Shown in pieces: positions 24,263-33,971 of a DNA stretch of 64,000 nt (positions are counted from its first letter, which is position 1; the number at the start of each line of letters is the position of its first letter). The stretch covers positions 11,780,001 to 11,844,000 of the forward strand of contig OZ116701.1 of the NCBI GenBank assembly GCA_964199315.1, in the 5' to 3' direction. The position numbers and the translations under genes were made by a program. The notes under the pieces were generated by a model. That model did no database searches. It worked only from the letters and a program-made list of their open reading frames with translations, and was not told where the DNA came from. The DNA comes from Orbicella franksi. Its lineage: Eukaryota.

Positions 24263-24870
24263 TACATTTATATAGCGCCATTTTCCACTAATTGTCCATG
24301 GCGCTTTACAATACTTTAAAATTAAAATCCTAATTCTTTAAAAACCTAAAATCCTAAATCCTAAAAGTTAAAATCCTAAGAATTAAATACGCTATATAAT
24401 ACAATTAGGCTACAAATAAAAAGTAAAAACTAGCTTAAGTTCAACTCAAAAGAATTCGGGAGAGAAAATAGTTATTTGCTTTGCCATTCAATTAATTCGC
24501 ACAAAAGTCAAGCGAACAAATCTGGGACCACGACATCTGACAATTCGGTCTTATTAGACACGAGAAATGTAAACCTTAGGTGTCTGGCAAGTTTAGAGAT
24601 TTTTCACCTTGAATTTTTCATATTAAAACGCTTTTCCCAACGACTGATTAATAAACGACAACGTTAGAAGCAATAAATGACTGGGAATCAAATAACAAAT
24701 AGATTGAATGTCATTTATAAGCTTACTAACCTTTCGAAACACCGGTCGATATTGTCCGACATCAACAGCAACATACACAACTGCTCCAAAGCGATGAGTT
24801 GCATATCTCTTTCGTCCCCTTGCCCCATACTTAGCCATTCTAACAGAGTATCAGGATCGACGTCCACCAT
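1..24870 (-). CDS. HECTD1: HECTD1 E3 ubiquitin-protein ligase (ARM repeats, ankyrin repeats, SAD1/UNC-like domain, MIB-HERC2, HECT); multi-exon, C-terminus continues beyond the left edge
   Basis: Hand-spliced peptide begins [58 protein letters not shown], essentially the vertebrate HECTD1 N-terminus as recalled. Other motifs: [80 protein letters not shown] (HECT start). 35 coding exons are listed below, and splice phases are consistent at every junction except the one hidden by the N gap. Confidence 0.97.
108..245 (-). CDS. HECTD1: HECTD1 coding exon 34 (HECT start)
   Basis: [37 protein letters not shown]...TARE. Confidence 0.95.
492..551 (-). CDS. HECTD1: HECTD1 coding exon 33
   Basis: [20 protein letters not shown]. 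Confidence 0.92.
646..852. mobile_element. TAG-ended MITE with 9-bp TSD, in the HECTD1 GC-AG intron
   Basis: TIR tagtctgctggcag / ctgccagcagtcta; flanks ctgccgata (637-645) and ctgccgatg (853-861). Confidence 0.85.
1177..1315 (-). CDS. HECTD1: HECTD1 coding exon 32 (GC donor)
   Basis: [10 protein letters not shown]...[19 protein letters not shown]|gcaagt. Confidence 0.9.
1689..1816 (-). CDS. HECTD1: HECTD1 coding exon 31
   Basis: [13 protein letters not shown]...[18 protein letters not shown]. Confidence 0.94.
2321..2403 (-). CDS. HECTD1: HECTD1 coding exon 30
   Basis: [27 protein letters not shown]. Confidence 0.92.
2855..3071 (-). CDS. HECTD1: HECTD1 coding exon 29
   Basis: EFCNTLDS...[12 protein letters not shown]...DFGD. 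Confidence 0.9.
3282..3461 (-). CDS. HECTD1: HECTD1 coding exon 28 (5' part lost in N gap)
   Basis: [18 protein letters not shown]...[14 protein letters not shown]; acceptor hidden by the gap. Confidence 0.9.
3462..3636. other. Assembly gap (175 N)
   Basis: Run of N. Confidence 1.
3875..3950 (-). CDS. HECTD1: HECTD1 coding exon 27
   Basis: [25 protein letters not shown] (vertebrate TIMYRE as recalled). Confidence 0.85.
4125..4252 (-). CDS. HECTD1: HECTD1 coding exon 26
   Basis: [21 protein letters not shown]...VRRVWEPTY; NAGNAG acceptor (ccag cag). Confidence 0.9.
4552..4785. mobile_element. TTAA-flanked MITE (Kolobok/piggyBac-like)
   Basis: TIR aggagctcagtcacggt / accgtgactgagctcct; TTAA at 4548 and 4786. 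Confidence 0.85.
5034..5122 (-). CDS. HECTD1: HECTD1 coding exon 25
   Basis: [29 protein letters not shown]; phase 1 to 0. Confidence 0.82.
5536..5692 (-). CDS. HECTD1: HECTD1 coding exon 24
   Basis: [40 protein letters not shown]...IPAL. Confidence 0.95.
5862..6075 (-). CDS. HECTD1: HECTD1 coding exon 23 (acidic tract)
   Basis: LLSSAVN...[11 protein letters not shown](D13)[11 protein letters not shown]; acceptor ccaacag| is the phase-compatible one. Confidence 0.82.
5895..5933 (-). repeat. Coding (GAY)13 repeat giving poly-Asp in HECTD1
   Basis: 13 consecutive GAT/GAC codons. Confidence 0.9.
6687..7215 (-). CDS. HECTD1: HECTD1 coding exon 22
   Basis: [24 protein letters not shown] followed by a Ser/Glu-rich linker; donor AG|gtaaaa. 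Confidence 0.88.
7314..7540. mobile_element. Second, inverted and more diverged copy of the 4552-4785 MITE family
   Basis: Internal sequence is the reverse complement of 4560-4775; ttaa at 7541. Confidence 0.75.
7920..8180 (-). CDS. HECTD1: HECTD1 coding exon 21 (MIB-HERC2 start)
   Basis: ...[21 protein letters not shown]...[14 protein letters not shown]...GELQN; the 5' boundary is less certain. Confidence 0.85.
8781..8944 (-). CDS. HECTD1: HECTD1 coding exon 20
   Basis: [46 protein letters not shown]...EPL; not in the ORF track. Confidence 0.93.
9066..9291. mobile_element. MITE-like element with a G-rich core
   Basis: Termini ctggggtggatacagg / ctagatctgccccag; internal poly-G; superfamily not determined. 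Confidence 0.55.
9389..9487 (-). CDS. HECTD1: HECTD1 coding exon 19
   Basis: [32 protein letters not shown]. Confidence 0.95.
10223..10303 (-). CDS. HECTD1: HECTD1 coding exon 18
   Basis: [26 protein letters not shown]. Confidence 0.95.
10595..10905. repeat. Interspersed repeat with two long hairpins
   Basis: ttattgaccaag...caagatggctggatattggcc vs ggccaatatccagccatcttg...cttggtcaataa; cccgagcgggcaagat / atcttgcccgctcggg. Confidence 0.7.
11049..11332 (-). CDS. HECTD1: HECTD1 coding exon 17
   Basis: [13 protein letters not shown]...[14 protein letters not shown]...LNCHTNDD. Confidence 0.95.
11544..11641. repeat. Degenerate minisatellite of acacgtga-like units
   Basis: Four CACGTG at 11575, 11601, 11623 and 11634, plus variants. 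Confidence 0.7.
11970..12104 (-). CDS. HECTD1: HECTD1 coding exon 16
   Basis: [45 protein letters not shown]. Confidence 0.95.
12554..12665 (-). CDS. HECTD1: HECTD1 coding exon 15
   Basis: [37 protein letters not shown]. Confidence 0.9.
13136..13257 (-). CDS. HECTD1: HECTD1 coding exon 14
   Basis: [32 protein letters not shown]...; phase 0 to 2. Confidence 0.87.
13878..14021 (-). CDS. HECTD1: HECTD1 coding exon 13
   Basis: [48 protein letters not shown]. Confidence 0.9.
14512..14990 (-). CDS. HECTD1: HECTD1 coding exon 12
   Basis: [16 protein letters not shown]...[11 protein letters not shown]...QENLTK. Confidence 0.93.
15747..15972 (-). CDS. HECTD1: HECTD1 coding exon 11
   Basis: [23 protein letters not shown]...[17 protein letters not shown]...GGSDSS. 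Confidence 0.95.
16808..17005 (-). CDS. HECTD1: HECTD1 coding exon 10
   Basis: [17 protein letters not shown]...[10 protein letters not shown]...EETEKK. Confidence 0.93.
17147..17484 (-). CDS. HECTD1: HECTD1 coding exon 9
   Basis: EWMVPVG...[16 protein letters not shown]...VLDHE. Confidence 0.93.
17566..17689 (-). CDS. HECTD1: HECTD1 coding exon 8 (ankyrin)
   Basis: [26 protein letters not shown]...ILQSP. Confidence 0.95.
18125..18223 (-). CDS. HECTD1: HECTD1 coding exon 7 (ankyrin)
   Basis: [33 protein letters not shown]. Confidence 0.95.
18341..18420 (-). CDS. HECTD1: HECTD1 coding exon 6 (ankyrin)
   Basis: [26 protein letters not shown]. Confidence 0.95.
18737..19007 (-). CDS. HECTD1: HECTD1 coding exon 5
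   Basis: [32 protein letters not shown]...IDAIEN. Confidence 0.95.
19731..19985 (-). CDS. HECTD1: HECTD1 coding exon 4
   Basis: [26 protein letters not shown]...GSPSVTH. Confidence 0.95.
20681..20768. repeat. Perfect 50-bp loop-less palindrome (20701-20750) with outer 14-bp arms, at the end of an interspersed repeat
   Basis: ggtctgtatgggagaatcttgaccatggtcaagattctcccatacagacc is its own reverse complement; cttattaaccaagc / gcttggttaataag. Confidence 0.95.
21022..21249 (-). CDS. HECTD1: HECTD1 coding exon 3
   Basis: [18 protein letters not shown]...KHEDPY; tccag| and |gtaagt. Confidence 0.95.
21844..22078 (-). CDS. HECTD1: HECTD1 coding exon 2
   Basis: [37 protein letters not shown]...GEQCVK; ttacag| and |gtaagt. 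Confidence 0.95.
22575..23090. repeat. Tandem repeat, period about 122 bp, about 4 copies, built from gaaatcaacat sub-repeats
   Basis: Unit starts at about 22681, 22803, 22925 and 23052. Confidence 0.85.
23098..23532. repeat. Fold-back element about 430 bp with nested inverted repeats
   Basis: ttttgacaaagttcacttttgag / ctcaaaagtgaactttgtcaaaa; ttttttgcatac..tctcaaaaacga / tcgtttttgaga..gtatgcaaaaaa. Confidence 0.8.
24236..24262. repeat. (AAAT)n microsatellite
   Basis: About 6-7 units. Confidence 0.85.
24731..24870 (-). CDS. HECTD1: HECTD1 coding exon 1
   Basis: ATG at 24870; [13 protein letters not shown]...DRCFE; donor AG|gttagt, phase 2. Confidence 0.95.
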
Positions 24871-25533
24871 TTTCCCAGAGAATGGACGTCAATTTGAGTT
24901 AGCAAAAATACGACTTAAATTTTCAACAAATGAAGATCAGGAGGATCTATAGGCAACAAAGGACTAAAGTCCACGACGTCTGGACTTCACACTTGCGTGA
25001 GAAAAACAGTGTAGCTTTCGTCTCGGTTTCACAGATGTCCCGGCTTAACCACCGTACGTAATCCAGAGTTATTATCGTTATCTTTGTGGATAAAGGTATA
25101 AAAAGGCTCCGCGATTATCTTCGATAGTTCGTGTCACGGAAATGCTCTCTTTCACAGGGAGTCTCTGGCCTCGTGTTTCCTGCCTTATACCAGCCAGTCA
25201 TTCGTCTGAATTAGTTATCATGAGGCGTATTACATCCCATCATTGAGGCATCCACCGCTCCAGAGGACGCCATTTCTGTTTCGGAAACACCTGAAACCGA
25301 AAATAGCGTTGTAAAACAGCCCACACAATTACTAAATCTCGCTTTCTTTCGTTTCTTTCCAAATGTAATGTTGTCAGAGACCTTACCGCAAACAAAGCCT
25401 CTTTCGGAAGTTGGATGAACGCGTGGAGATTGGGACTTACTCGATCCATGCCTCCACCGAAGAATACGGCGATCGTGTTTTGTAGTGCATGTTGTGTTTG
25501 TGGAACTGTGTTTCGCCGTTTTTACTCGTTCAA
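24871..25533. promoter_or_regulatory. Head-to-head (bidirectional) promoter/5'UTR region between HECTD1 and the SIVA-like gene
   Basis: Divergent ATGs are separated by 663 bp; CpG-richer than the introns; contains a candidate minus-strand 5'UTR intron at 25291-25386. Confidence 0.7.
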
Positions 25534-27588
25534 ATGGAACCGATTTTCGAATGCAGAACACCTCCAGCGTCCCCAGAGCTAAGCCGTCTTGTAACAAAGC
25601 GCCGTTGCCCATTTGGAGAGTCCCCACAGCCGCAGAAGCTCCCAGCAACTGAAAGTGTCATGGCGCGCAATGATGGAATTTACGCAGTTGATCACAGTTC
25701 TAGTGGTAGGTTATGTTTTTTTCAAAATTCCTCGCAAACAAGCGAATGAAAGTTAACAGGTAGGCGAGTAACGATGCAAATTTTTACATTGCTGATTGTG
25801 AATGGTGCAGTGTCCCAATGATTAATCAGCTTTAGAAAACAAAGCCTGCCAACCTGTCCCCCCTTAGTAGTCGTGGCCTAATCCCGGGGCGGCACATACC
25901 TATATAGCCCATATAAGGGAGTACCGCCCCCCCCCCCCCCCCCGAGGCCTAATCGCACGAGGAATACGCATGGTTTTCATCATTTATGCTCGAAAATTTG
26001 AGCATTATGCTTTTAAGCTTCAGCCTCTGCTCAAAACAACAGCATTCTGCCTAAGATTATGCTCGAGAAGCAACATTATGCTCCACTGATCTTGGTTATA
26101 TTTGATGCCCTTTTCCATCCCTGCAGACAAAAAATACCTCCATAAGTCAGAAACACAACTTTTATTGCATCAGTTGCAACTTTACAGGCAATAAACAACA
26201 AATAATGCTCAAAAGCACTCTCTGATCAGTTTGCTAGCAGGCACAGAATTTTAGATGTAAAACTGCATTGTATCTCGTATTAAATTGAAGCATCAATGAT
26301 CACTCGGTGTAGTCCTGTAAGGCAAGATTCTGTAAATGGCCAAACGTTGTGGTCAAATTAAAGAAGACGCTCTCAGATGATACGAATGAAGGCTACATCA
26401 GTAGAACAAGCTAAATTAGCTGGCACAAACCAAAAAGACAAAACCATTTGTCTTCCACCATCCAACGGGGTCAACAGCATCCACTATTCCATCTGCCCTC
26501 CCAATTTATCTGGGAAGCTCATTCTTCAGGTTTTCAATTAGGGTACAATCATTTAGAAAAAGCGATAGATGATTGATATTGTTTTGTCACAAGGTGTACT
26601 AACTGACAGATTTGATGAGCACTGAGAAGTTGTGCAGCCTTGAATATTTAAAATCCTTACTAAAAGCACTTGAAAGTAAAAATTTCTCCCTAAAGTTATG
26701 GAAATATTTACCATTATCATTATCATTATTGTTAATATTGTTATTAATTATTATTCTCTAATTATGCTGAAAAAATGCCCATTATGCTGGCATTATGCTC
26801 GATGCTCTAACTATAGCATTATGCCCAAAATTATGCCGGCATAATGCCTCTAAGCCTGGTCTAGATATGTACGTCCAAGTGACATTGTAACAATTGCCAC
26901 AAGTAAAATTACTGGCTAGTACACTATAAAGTTTTATATGCGGATTGGGAAGGCTTTGTCCTAAAGTCCAACCCTTTACCCTTTTGTATACAACTTTGAC
27001 AGAAAAGTTACCCCTTTCAAATACCTACATATTAACACTGCATCCCTTCTTATTATAAGCAGGTCTTCTGACAGGGTAGGATTGAAAAACAAAACAAAAC
27101 TTATGCGGCATTTTAGGGGCAGATTGTGCTATAAGAATGTGCTTGTAGCATTTCTCTTGAAATAGATATCTTGTAACTTACTAGTGATATTTTGTAACCA
27201 TACAGGTTGTGCATTTCAAATGCTTATGAACAGTCAAAGAAGCCAAACAGATGTTGCCCAATCTCCTGCTTTACCAACAACAACTATCACTTTATCTCTA
27301 TGCTGGGTTTGTCATCAACAAAAGGAATCTATGCCATGTGCATTTTGTGAGCACAATGTGTGTGAGATGTGCGTGCGACAGTGTGACAAGTGCTTTGGAG
27401 TGTTCTGTGCGTTCTGTTCAACAATCAACTATGACAATCATGAAGATCGTCCGTTATGTCTAACTTGTCACCATGAAGAGTTGCGACAACAAAGAAACAG
27501 AGCAGTTCAAACAGGTCCCATGCAGCAGCAGTCAATGACGTGGAATGGACAAAGGGGACTTGAGGGGTACAGGCCACTTACAACCTAG
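25534..27588 (+). CDS. SIVA1: SIVA-family apoptosis regulatory zinc-finger protein, about 184 aa, exons 25534-25705 and 27206-27588
   Basis: Exon 1 contains KRRCPFGESPQPQKL (SIVA N-terminal motif KRSCPF...LQLK). Exon 2 contains the Cys array CWVC...CAFCEHNVCEMCVRQCDKCFGVFCAFCSTINYD...RPLCLTC, matching the SIVA C-terminal zinc fingers. The G|gtaggt ... catacag|GT junction is phase 1 on both sides. Confidence 0.8.
25945..26857 (-). mobile_element. Degenerate hAT-like transposon remnant in the SIVA-like intron
   Basis: Minus-strand 26340-26535 reads LKNELPR*IGRADGIVDAVDPVGWWKTN / LVLLM*PSFVSSESVF (hAT dimerization-like DPxxWWK ... PSSxxSERVF); both ends are rich in (c)attatgc motifs. Confidence 0.55.
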
Positions 27589-29357
27589 GGGCAAATGAAC
27601 GTGAGTGAATCTAGGAAAACACCATCCTGTTCCCACTTACCTTTTGGGCTAAACCATCAGAAATGTACATTTGAACAGAGAGACACAAATGGTTGATTTT
27701 GGTTGTCATCAAAGAGGATTGCAATAAACTCTCTCAAAGACTGACACATTCAGGGGTGGCTCAAACTGTCAATTCTAGGGAAGTGTCTGCCTTAAAACAG
27801 AGATCGGTAAGAGAAGGGTCAGAAAAGGCTATATCCCACTCTTGTGTGGGATCTGGGGTAATAAGTGTTACTGTTTTTCTAGGAATATATCTAAAACAGA
27901 AAGTTATTCAGTCCCTTGCTACATTTGTATCTGTTAACTCAACTGCACACAGGGAGGTCAGCCATTATGTTCCCACTTTGGTTGTTCAGATAAGCATGTT
28001 AATTGGTAAGGGTTGTTTTTGGATTTGATGCTAATGTAACCTGTGCAAGTACATGTATACGCCTTCAGTTGACACAATTTTACAACAGGCGATTTGCATG
28101 ATGGCATCATAATTTGACTACAACTACCAGAATACTTCACTTTTTCTATTTCTTATGCTAATTAGGACAATTATTATTATTTGAATCCCATTGGGGCTTC
28201 AAAATTTAAATAATAAAGTAAAAACAGTAAAAACAATTAGTTGTAGTCAAATGACAGCAACATGCAAATCTGCAATTCCTAGATGTTCTTGTGATCCACG
28301 GGAAATGTTAGTGCTCATTTCCAACTCTGCAGTAACTCTTTGCATTTGAGCTATGGACATCTTATAATGGTGTGCCTCAAACACTGCATGTCACCCAGAA
28401 TGTTGCTTTTTACAAGAAGTTCTGCACTATAGTCCCCATGGTTTCTGACCTATTAATAGTTAATAGTAAGTTATTTATTTATTATGTTTGAGACAACTTG
28501 TTATCAGCATAGTTTACAGTTGTGTAAATAGTTTTACTTGTATGTTTATAAAGGTCTTATCCTGCCTTCTGTTCTTTTTAATTCTATCCATTGTCAGATG
28601 TCATTTACACGTTTCATTGTTTGCATATGCCATTTCTGAAGGCTATAATGTTTTATGTACTAGATGTATCTTGCTATTACGGTACACTTTGGCACAGTAC
28701 AGAATTTCAACTTATACTGTATATACTTAGACTCAATAGTTAGAATAGTTGTCTGATTCTTATTTCCAGTGAAGATTATGAAGAGAGGTGTGGGTCAAGT
28801 CACAGTACATAATGTAAGGCATACCTCCCCACTTCACCCCTTCTGTACCCCTTCCCCTCCCCAGAATTCCTGCTGTGGGTTAATGGGAGACATTGTTCAA
28901 ATGGCGTATTGCTTGGTAAGACTCGTGCGATGAATCCTAATCAACTGAGTTGAACAAATCCGGGAAGGGCAGGGAGGGGGGGGGGGGGGGGAATTTGAGG
29001 TATATGAAACTGTAGGGAAGTCTGTCATTTAGTTACTTTGAAGGGTCTTAAATTAAAGTATTGTGAACAGACATACCTTATGGCTGTACCTTTTTAAAAC
29101 TTTAATAGGCGCTACATGAAAAATTATGACTAGAAGACTTCCTTTCTTTGGTGAATTATTCATAATACAGGCCAGTTATGAGATTTGAAAGGGGTACCTA
29201 TTTGCAATTAAAGGTACATGTATAAAAAAGGGGTACCTTTTCTGTGAATATGGTATACCAAAGGATAAGAGGCGGGTCCCCTTTAAAGAACTTCGTAGGA
29301 TACCCCCCACCCCCGGACGTCTTCTCAGTAACTCAAGTCCACGAGTGAGGGGTATTC

Positions 29358-29579
29358 TAAACTGCAAGCAGGCTATCTTTTCCTCGAAAATCCGTGGGGA
29401 AGAACACAAAACAAGTAAGCGTGCGAGCGTGACGTGCGAGCGACGCCCGCGCTACTAGCGGCTAGCGGCATCGCCGCTTGCCGCTCGCACGTCACGGTCA
29501 CGCTCACACGCTTACTTGTTTTGCAATTTTGCGTTCTTCCCCACGGTTTTCGAGGAAAAGAGAGACTGCTCGTAGTCTA
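29358..29579. mobile_element. TAG-type fold-back MITE with perfect 9-bp TSD
   Basis: Long TIR (cttttcctcgaaaatccgtggggaagaac / gttcttccccacggttttcgaggaaaag); ggggtattc at 29349-29357 and 29580-29588. Confidence 0.88.
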
Positions 29580-30925
29580 GGGGTATTCCCCCAAACTTGT
29601 GGTGTGTGGTTGCACGAGACTGCTTCTTGAACTCTTAAGGTCAGCACACACTAGCGGACATGTTTCAGCGACAGTTTCCCTCGTATGACACGCCCGTTTT
29701 TGCCAAAAAGTTATGTTGCGGAGACAAAATTTTGTCCAGGTAACTTGAGCCAGGAAATTCAGGTGGTTTGAGTTTGTGCGTCTTGAAGCAGGGACAAAAT
29801 GACCTCAGTTTTCAATGTCGCATCGTGTGCACTGCTCTTGCAAACTTCCCCTGTAGACAAAAACCAAAATCCGCTTCTTGTGTACCAGCTCTCGTACTGT
29901 CACAACAACATGCTTTCTATGCGTATTTAGTATAAATCTACTAGCGTTCTATCACGAATGCATTCGCTAATGGGCTACGCCACTCACTATCTATTCTGTG
30001 ATAGATAGTGAGTAGCCTAGCAGTGTGCCCTTGTCAACAAAATGACGGCCGCTTCTTGGCGTTTTCGAAGTGTCTGTGAAGAAGATTTGGATAAAGTTTT
30101 GAACGACTAGTAGATTTATACTAAAACAATTAGATTATTCGCTCTCGATTTCTATGCGTGATAGAAATCTCGAGCTCATAATCTAATTGTTAAATACGAA
30201 AGGGCTTGTCCGCGCAACATGTGCCTTGTGAATCCCACTTAAACCTTTTTCGGACCGAATTATGGAATTGGAAAGTCCTATATCCGAAATTGCAATTTCG
30301 ACCGATTTTTCTGATCGCACGTTCTTCCTCGTTATCGAGAGAGATGTTGAGTGTGCACAAAACACCTTACTGGTTTAACATTAAAATGGTACATCAAAAT
30401 CTACACCGTATTTCCACGAAAAAAACGCCGCCTTGGTGTAAGCGCAGAACATTAATAAGCGCCACACCCCAGAACACAGCTCGCGCTCAAAAGCTGGGCT
30501 TACTACGCTCCTTACTTCGCCTTACGCTCATTTGCATTGATATGGCATTGAACTTATAGTTACAATGTATATCCATGCAAAAAGTACCCTCGAGTACTGA
30601 AGCGCCACATCGAAACGTCGAAGAATTTAATGAGCGTTCTTTGAGTATTCGTACCTTTTTCGGAAGGTCAAAACAGCTTATCATCAATTAATATACCCAA
30701 TTTGTCCCCGCGTATATGTACAAAGGTACGAAAACTTTCAAAATTTCGCAAGGAAACGTCGTTAATTTGAATATTAAAGCGCGTTTACGTCTGTGGACCT
30801 CCTACATGTGCCATAGGACGGATGGAGTAAAGGAAAAAAAAGGTAAACTTTGCCTGTTTATTTGTCAGACATTTCTCCCAAAACATTCAGATTTACCTTC
30901 TTTTTGTTCCAGTTATAGATTGATG

Positions 30926-31296
30926 AACGTCCACACTACGCCAAAGATAGTTGAAAACGCAGCTTTATTTCTACGACTAGACCTACCGTCCACGCTAATC
31001 CGTCAGGAAAACGGAACTCTTCGAAGACACTCTTCAAACCAGAGGAATTTGAAAACGCTGGCTCTTCGTTTTCGTTTGGACGGAAAACATTTTGTAGACG
31101 GAGCTTTACGAAAACGATGACGTCACGATAATCATGTGATTTACCTGCCCGAGTTTTCCTCAAACACAAATCCAAAATGACCGGTGATTGTTGCGTTTTT
31201 AAATTCCTCCGGCGTAGTGTGGACGGAAAACATTTGATACATTTTCAGAGTGTAAACACTGTTTTCAAATTTCTCCGACGCAGTGTGAACGGGGCT
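30926..31296. mobile_element. MITE whose right third marks the left breakpoint of the large duplication
   Basis: TIR-like cgtccacactacgcc / cgcagtgtgaacgggg; only its last ~110 bp recurs at 39726-39838. Confidence 0.7.
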
Positions 31297-33822
31297 TAAG
31301 ATTCTTGCGTGCGCTTCCAGCAGCCAGCACGTCACAGTAATTTGTCACACCCCCCTATTTTCGCATAATTGTGATGACGAAGGACTGATACAGCTTAACT
31401 TCGATCACGTCAACAACATCGATATTGCATACGCGATTAATCAACAGATTACCGAAAGTTCACTCCAGATTTCCTCCTGTTTCCGACATGAAACATTTTC
31501 CACAGCCCTCTTACGTCAAAATGTGCGATACTAGCACTGCCGACTCGTGATAGAGAAGGTAGCCTCTGAATTCCTTTTAGCTTTTACGGTACCTGTTTCT
31601 CTTTAATAACTGTCGAGTTCGAACTGGACCCATTCAACCGGGATTGATATGTTTCAAACATATCATTTTTGTTTTGAAATGAAAAATTGAAGCTGTCAGT
31701 TTTTTTACAGAACATTATTAAATTGAGGAGAAACTATGTCTGCGAGTGCGTGTTTTTGTCATTTTCTCGAGTGCGTAAGCTGGACTTGTGGGAGCGAAAT
31801 TGCTCCGGCAATATTATGCCTAAGATATTGATATATAACATTATTGCACGAAACGGAATCGGTAAATTATACTCTTACTTATATATACTGTGGTAAATTA
31901 AGATTAGTTTTCAGCCAATCAGCGCGCGTCCGTGAGCGTGCAATATCATAGTATAAAATGGATCCCTCATTTCATCAGTTTTACGCGGACATCAGATTAG
32001 AAACATTTAAAAACTTCTGTGTTGAGTAATATTTACATTAAAAGATAAGTTTTGATATAATTTTGGGCTGCATGCACTGACTGATTTTAATGAGCTACAT
32101 TCAAAAAGCTTATTTTTCCCGTCAAATGTAAGTTATAAAACATAGCGTGAATTTACGAGTGACTGAAGATCTCTCTTGTTCAGTTTTCTCTTCTGCCGTC
32201 AATAAATTGATCGCTAGCCGAGCATGTCACGTATCACAATATAGTGGAGGAAATGGAGTCTTAGTAGACCCTCGATATTCTATTGATAGTTACATTACTT
32301 ATATTGTAGCAAATTTACACTTGATGCTTGCGTTGTTCCCTTGTAGTTAATCAAGGGCGGACATCCGGACATCAAATGTCAATATACGTACGTGTTAGGC
32401 GTATGTCACTGAGCCTCATTCAAAAATAGATACATTACATATATAGCCACCCACTTCAAAACATCACGATATAATGGGTTACTATCGAGAGCTTTGATTT
32501 AATGACAAACACATGACGCTCCATAAGTCAGCTGTCCAAAAACTCTAAAAAAGAAAAACACGTAACAAGTTAGTCGATCTTTTGTTTTTCCGAGATGTTG
32601 AGCTTAACTTGATAAAACACGTATCCGAACTGCCTACTTTCAACGATTAATAGCTGGCACATAGCCGACTGAAGTTTATACTACTCTTGAAGTTTCCGTT
32701 ACAAAGTGCCTTCCTCAGTTTTGGACCTGCGAGTTCTATTTAGCGCGGTTATATTCTAATACCCCGCAATAAGTTCACGGGTCTTACAAAATCTAGCACT
32801 GATTTGTTCTAAAGGTACATGCAAGAGATGGCTGAGAAATTAAGCGAGCAGAGGAATTTAATACAGGCAAAACCAAGTAAAATTTTATAACTGCTTGTTT
32901 AATATGCTGAAACATGAAAGCTAGAGAACACGTTTCAGCTGTTAAATTGTACAGGGGTGCATGATTTAAGTGTACCAAACTAGAGCAAAATTCTGGCATA
33001 GAAAGATACTTTCTGTTCCGGGCTGGAGTCAAGCTATCAACAAAGGATTATTTTGCTACGTGGCAAAAAGTCTATCTGCTTATTTTTGAGGACTCTCAGT
33101 CTTCCATGAAGTCACGTGATTATCAGTAAATTAACATTTTATTATAGTGCTATCAATAGAATTGTTAGATACATGTAAAAGCACTAAATGACCACGTCCT
33201 TAATTAATTTTGCTGGTGCAAAAAAAAATTTAGCTGTCAACTGAAGAAAGTTTACATTGAATTGCAAATCATCATGCCCTTTGTCTCGGAGGACCATGTG
33301 AGCGTGTGTTGTTGAATCGGTTTCGAAGGCTAAATATATATTTCCATGAGCATTGTATAACTTCACTCAAGCCGTGTTAAATCTTTGTATATATATGCTA
33401 GAGAGATCTTTTAAGCCGCGGAAAGCATAGACTGGTATGTATAGCGGTAGTTAAGTGAACATACGCTTTATTATGAAAAGAATTTGATAGTACCTTGTTC
33501 AAGTTGTTGTGACGGCCATCTTTAATTTGCACGGTGGAGCAAGACCGGGAGGAGATTGACAATCGCTTTTTCACTGACAGAGAAACTAGTTGTAGCTAGT
33601 TTTTGATATGAGAAATAACATTTATTTAAAGCGTCCAAACAGATCAAAGAAGGAATCTTTACAGCTGCAAGTTAATCTGATTTAAAGAGCGATAACCGAA
33701 ACAAAACCAGAAACCCCAGCGTATTATCAGTTAAGTATTCGCAATGGTGTATGAATAGTAAATTGGCCTTAAGACTTATGGCCTTTTGGTCCTTTTGGGC
33801 TGTTAGTAACCCCGTCAAGGAT

Positions 33823-33971
33823 AGTGTAAATAAATAAATAGCCGACTAAAATATTGTATTGTATTGTGTTGTATTGTAAGAAGAGTAAGTATTGTGCCGT
33901 TTTGTTGTAAGTAGCTTCAGTACAATGTAAGTAATCATACGTTTTGCAATGAAAAAAACAAAACAAAACCA
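33823..33971. mobile_element. Short insertion with 8-bp TSD, probably a LINE 3' tail ((TTGTA)n)
   Basis: tcaaggat at 33815-33822 and 33972-33979; copy B has a single caaggat at the matching site. Confidence 0.7.

Noticed and set aside
25211-25648. 145-aa minus-strand ORF across the bidirectional promoter
   Set aside because: Starts at a TTG, is antisense to SIVA exon 1 and spans a probable intron; only its last 20 codons are kept as a uORF candidate.
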